DNA of 64,000 nucleotides from an uncultured Candidatus Marinamargulisbacteria bacterium (GTDB lineage Bacteria; Margulisbacteria; Marinamargulisbacteria; CAZFTP01): NCBI GenBank assembly GCA_964521915.1, contig CAZFTP010000008.1, positions 1,497 to 65,496 of the forward strand, read 5' to 3'. Shown piece by piece: positions 61,016 to 64,000 of this stretch (position 1 is its first letter; each line of letters starts with the position of its first letter). The notes under the pieces were generated by a model. It saw only the letters and a program-made list of their open reading frames with translations, ran no database searches and was not told where the DNA came from. The position numbers and the translations under genes were made by a program.

Positions 61016-63736
61016 ATGGAATCAAATAGACCAGAAATTAATAAGATATCTTTAAATATCGAATCTTCTATTACTACACTTAGAACTGTAACTTCAACAA
61101 AAAGCGATATTGCCACAGACTCAAGTAGGCCTATTTTACCACCCCCAGCAGTGCCTTCTTGTTTACATCTTGAATCAACTTTTTTACCGGACGAAATTTT
61201 TCAAGGGTCTATTACTGGATTAGGTTCTTTAACTTTATCTAATAAAGCGGTTGTTCAAGGAGAATTCTCTCAGAATAAACAAGAGGGTATTTTTGTTTCT
61301 AAAGCAACTTTAACTCTACCTGACGGCTCTCGTTTTTTCCTAAATCCTCATTCATCTTTACCTCAATTACGAAATTTAGCAGTAACTCCTTTACCTGTTT
61401 TAATAGAACAATTTGGGAGTCCTATAAATGAAGCTCTTGATATTAGTCCATTTATTAGTGGGTATAATTTTTCGAATTTACCACTTATTAAAGATGCTGA
61501 TTTAACTAGTTTATTTCGTGCAATTTTTTCGCCTGATGAAGCTAATTCTAGATTAGTTAATTTTTTAAGGCATATTAGTTCTCCTATTAGCATGCCTGCA
61601 GAAAATATGGTTTTAATAAAAAAAGCTTTATTTCAAATTTGGAAAAGTTTTCAAGTATTACCTCAAAATATTAAAGAATCTTTTGTTCTAAGAATGATTT
61701 CTGGTTTGAGTGATCTTCGTTGTGGTCCTGATATTACTCGTATTATTTTAGATCTTGCAAGAGATATTTTTCTTGCTTCGATTAAACAAACAACTTCACT
61801 TCCTCCTTTAGAAGTTTCTTTAGTTTCTGAAATAACCAATTATACCAAAAGAGTTATTCAAGATTTATTTGATTCTATTAACCTGTTTTTTGGTAATATG
61901 CCAGATAATCAAAGTACTCATCAAATGAGTTCTCTTGAATTTATAGTAGATTCTAGATTTGGAGCCCTAGGTCATTCTTCTCTTCCTGAACCATTTATTT
62001 CTAGTTCGCCTTTTGTTTATTCTGTAGTTGAGTTATTAGTTAAGCATCAATTTACTATGGAAAATTTGGTTAAATTATTACCTGATGATTTCGTTACTGA
62101 TTGGGGAAATCCTATTATTCTTGAACTCGCTGAAAGAGATCATTTTGATTTAATTAATCCTCCTTACAATTGGCAAGAACTACCTCTAAGATTTTTTGAA
62201 TCTGATTCAAAAGGAAACATTGCTTTATCTTATTTAGGGTTAAGAATCTTATTATCCAGATTATTTGATCAAGCTGGTGTAAAACAGGTTACTATATCAC
62301 AACCTTTAGATCCTCTTACTGAAGCAGTTGCAAATAGAATTAAAACTAAAACTCTAATTCCTTTCCCTTTAGCTGCAACTTTGGTAGATCCAAATAGACC
62401 TAAAGAAATTTTATTCCGTTTGGGTATGCCTGATATTATATCTATTTTTGCTAATTCCGATGATCTTAATCGGGCTTGGCAACTATTAGCTATATACCCC
62501 ATAGAGTTACGAATTATGTTTTTAACAACCGCTGCTTTTACAGCAGACCCTAATCAGTTTGAAACTTTTGTTCACGATAATATAGATAATATTATCGTGA
62601 TTTTAATGAATCCAAATAATATTAGTTTTTTATTATTTTTAACCCAATATAATGGTTCTGCGCTTGTTTCTATATTTAAATTTTTAGATCCTACGCTTAT
62701 ATCATCTATTTTAAAATCTGATTCTATTAACGTTACCGTTGCGCATGTATTAGCTAAATATCAAGGGGCTTCTTTGGCAAAAATATTAAATAATAATCCT
62801 GAACTTATTATGCAAGTTTTAGAGATGACAGATGCTGAAAACTTGACGGTTGCTTACTGTTTAGCTGAATATCAAGGAGAGGCATTAGCTCAAATTTTAA
62901 GCAATTCAATATTTAATGAGCATCTTGAATATATTGTACGAATTTTAGTAAAAACAGATGCTGAAAACTGGACCGTTGCGCATGTATTAGCTAAATATCA
63001 AGGTGCTGGTTTGGTAAAAATATTCAAAAAATATCCTGACCTTATTCTACCTATTTTAAAGCTTAGCTTACCTCAACCTTCAGTTCTTACGCTAGCACAT
63101 TTTTTAGTTGAATCTCAAAGAGATCTTTTTATGCAAATTTTAAATAATTGCGCACCTGAACTTGTCGAACAAATTTTAAAATTAATAGGACCACATGGTT
63201 TTATGATTGTTCACTTTTTAGCTCAATTTGAAAGTGAAATTTTAGTACAAATTTTAATCAAATATCCTCAAATTATAGTACCTATCTTGGAAGTTGAATT
63301 ACCTGATCCAGATAATAGAAAAATTGCGCATGTATTAGCTAGTAATCAAGGAATTACTTTAGCGCAAATTTTAAGTAATCCATTTTATAGAGAACATCCT
63401 GCACATGTTATGCAAGTTTTAGAGTTAAGTTTGTCAGATTATGATAGTCGTACTGTTGCTCATTTTTTAGCCCAATTTCAAGGAGAAGCTTTAGTACAAA
63501 TTTTAAATACTTATCCTGAACTTATAATGCCTATTTTAGTACTTAGATTATCCGCTCCATATAATCGTACCGTTGTACATTTTTTCGCTGAATCTCAAAG
63601 TGAGATTTTAGTACGATTTTTAGATGAGCATCAAACATTAATACCGAGCATTTTAGCAATAAAAAATAGAGAAGACGGACCTTCTCTTATTGATTGTAAA
63701 GAATTTCCTTTTTTAAATAAATTCTTAAAAGATTAA
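61016..63736 (+). CDS. Large tandem-repeat protein (906 aa) with eight or more degenerate ANK-like repeats of about 40 aa in its C-terminal half
   Basis: The repeats have the form TVAHVLAKYQGAxLAKILNNxPELIxxILE. Seven further units follow (TVAYCLAEYQGEAL..., TVAHVLAKYQGAGL..., TLAHFLVESQRDLF..., IVHFLAQFESEIL..., IAHVLASNQGITL..., TVAHFLAQFQGEAL..., TVVHFFAESQSEIL...). There is an AAGGAGG RBS. Confidence 0.6.
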   Translation: MESNRPEINKISLNIESSITTLRTVTSTKSDIATDSSRPILPPPAVPSCLHLESTFLPDEIFQGSITGLGSLTLSNKAVVQGEFSQNKQEGIFVSKATLTLPDGSRFFLNPHSSLPQLRNLAVTPLPVLIEQFGSPINEALDISPFISGYNFSNLPLIKDADLTSLFRAIFSPDEANSRLVNFLRHISSPISMPAENMVLIKKALFQIWKSFQVLPQNIKESFVLRMISGLSDLRCGPDITRIILDLARDIFLASIKQTTSLPPLEVSLVSEITNYTKRVIQDLFDSINLFFGNMPDNQSTHQMSSLEFIVDSRFGALGHSSLPEPFISSSPFVYSVVELLVKHQFTMENLVKLLPDDFVTDWGNPIILELAERDHFDLINPPYNWQELPLRFFESDSKGNIALSYLGLRILLSRLFDQAGVKQVTISQPLDPLTEAVANRIKTKTLIPFPLAATLVDPNRPKEILFRLGMPDIISIFANSDDLNRAWQLLAIYPIELRIMFLTTAAFTADPNQFETFVHDNIDNIIVILMNPNNISFLLFLTQYNGSALVSIFKFLDPTLISSILKSDSINVTVAHVLAKYQGASLAKILNNNPELIMQVLEMTDAENLTVAYCLAEYQGEALAQILSNSIFNEHLEYIVRILVKTDAENWTVAHVLAKYQGAGLVKIFKKYPDLILPILKLSLPQPSVLTLAHFLVESQRDLFMQILNNCAPELVEQILKLIGPHGFMIVHFLAQFESEILVQILIKYPQIIVPILEVELPDPDNRKIAHVLASNQGITLAQILSNPFYREHPAHVMQVLELSLSDYDSRTVAHFLAQFQGEALVQILNTYPELIMPILVLRLSAPYNRTVVHFFAESQSEILVRFLDEHQTLIPSILAIKNREDGPSLIDCKEFPFLNKFLKD

Positions 63737-64000
63737 GATAGTGAATCATTTGTTAACACCTATATTTATCTATCATTAGGCGATACAAGATAAAGAACCA
63801 GGTAATAATTTCAATAAATTGTAAAAGACAATAAGTTAGTTAGCTTGGGTTCTTGTAGATTTTTTGAAAGAAAATGGTATTCAAGATTCAGTTTAGTAAC
63901 AAGAATAACAAAAAAATGTACAAAACTTAATACAGATATTATTATTAAATTATCTTAGGAAACAATAATGAACAAATTTTTTAATGTAATCCGATTTACA

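Noticed and set aside
1-64000. Search for CRISPR arrays, rRNA genes, IS transposases or integrases, and phage structural genes
   Set aside because: No array of regularly spaced direct repeats was seen. No 16S or 23S-like conserved stretches were seen. No protein with DDE, HUH or tyrosine-recombinase motifs was recognised. The only tRNA, tRNA-Gly, is not followed by an integrase.

Overview
This is an AT-rich bacterial chromosome segment, apparently from a diderm (Gram-negative-type) organism because lptD, lptF/G and lnt are present. It carries the replication-origin neighbourhood: dnaA-dnaN-recF-DUF721, with DnaA-box clusters on both sides of dnaA. It also carries proteostasis genes (clpB; tRNA-Gly followed by tig-clpP-clpX), cell-envelope genes (ftsL-ftsI, and an lptFG-TPR-lptD-lipoprotein-lnt block), and housekeeping genes (rpsU, holB, tsaB, phosphomannomutase/phosphoglucomutase, fba, ROK glucokinase, dsbD, dinG). 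Several accessory or novel items are interleaved with this core. (1) A six-gene locus at 7.5-13.4 kb looks like an archaic (Csu/sigma-fimbria-type) chaperone-usher pilus system. It contains three paralogous secreted pilin-like proteins with a conserved C-terminus, a PapD-like chaperone, a roughly 770 aa signal-peptide protein with beta-strand-like periodicity read as an outer-membrane beta-barrel and provisional usher, and a large secreted beta-sandwich protein. (2) There are eukaryote-like proteins: an SPSSR tandem-repeat protein, a 782 aa ankyrin-repeat protein, and a 906 aa protein built from about 40 aa degenerate ANK-like repeats. (3) There are very large or unusual proteins of unknown function: a 1366 aa protein preceded by a G9 homopolymer at its ribosome-binding site, a 615 aa protein next to MoxR, and a 411 aa kinase-like protein. 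(4) A GC-rich nested palindromic repeat family occurs in two copies and stands out sharply against the AT-rich background. (5) A recurrent 'TTTGCGACAGACTCAA' motif occurs three times, two of them as direct repeats bracketing the MoxR gene. The combination of ankyrin and eukaryote-like proteins suggests a host-associated lifestyle, but this is inference. No rRNA, CRISPR array, transposase or integrase was recognised.
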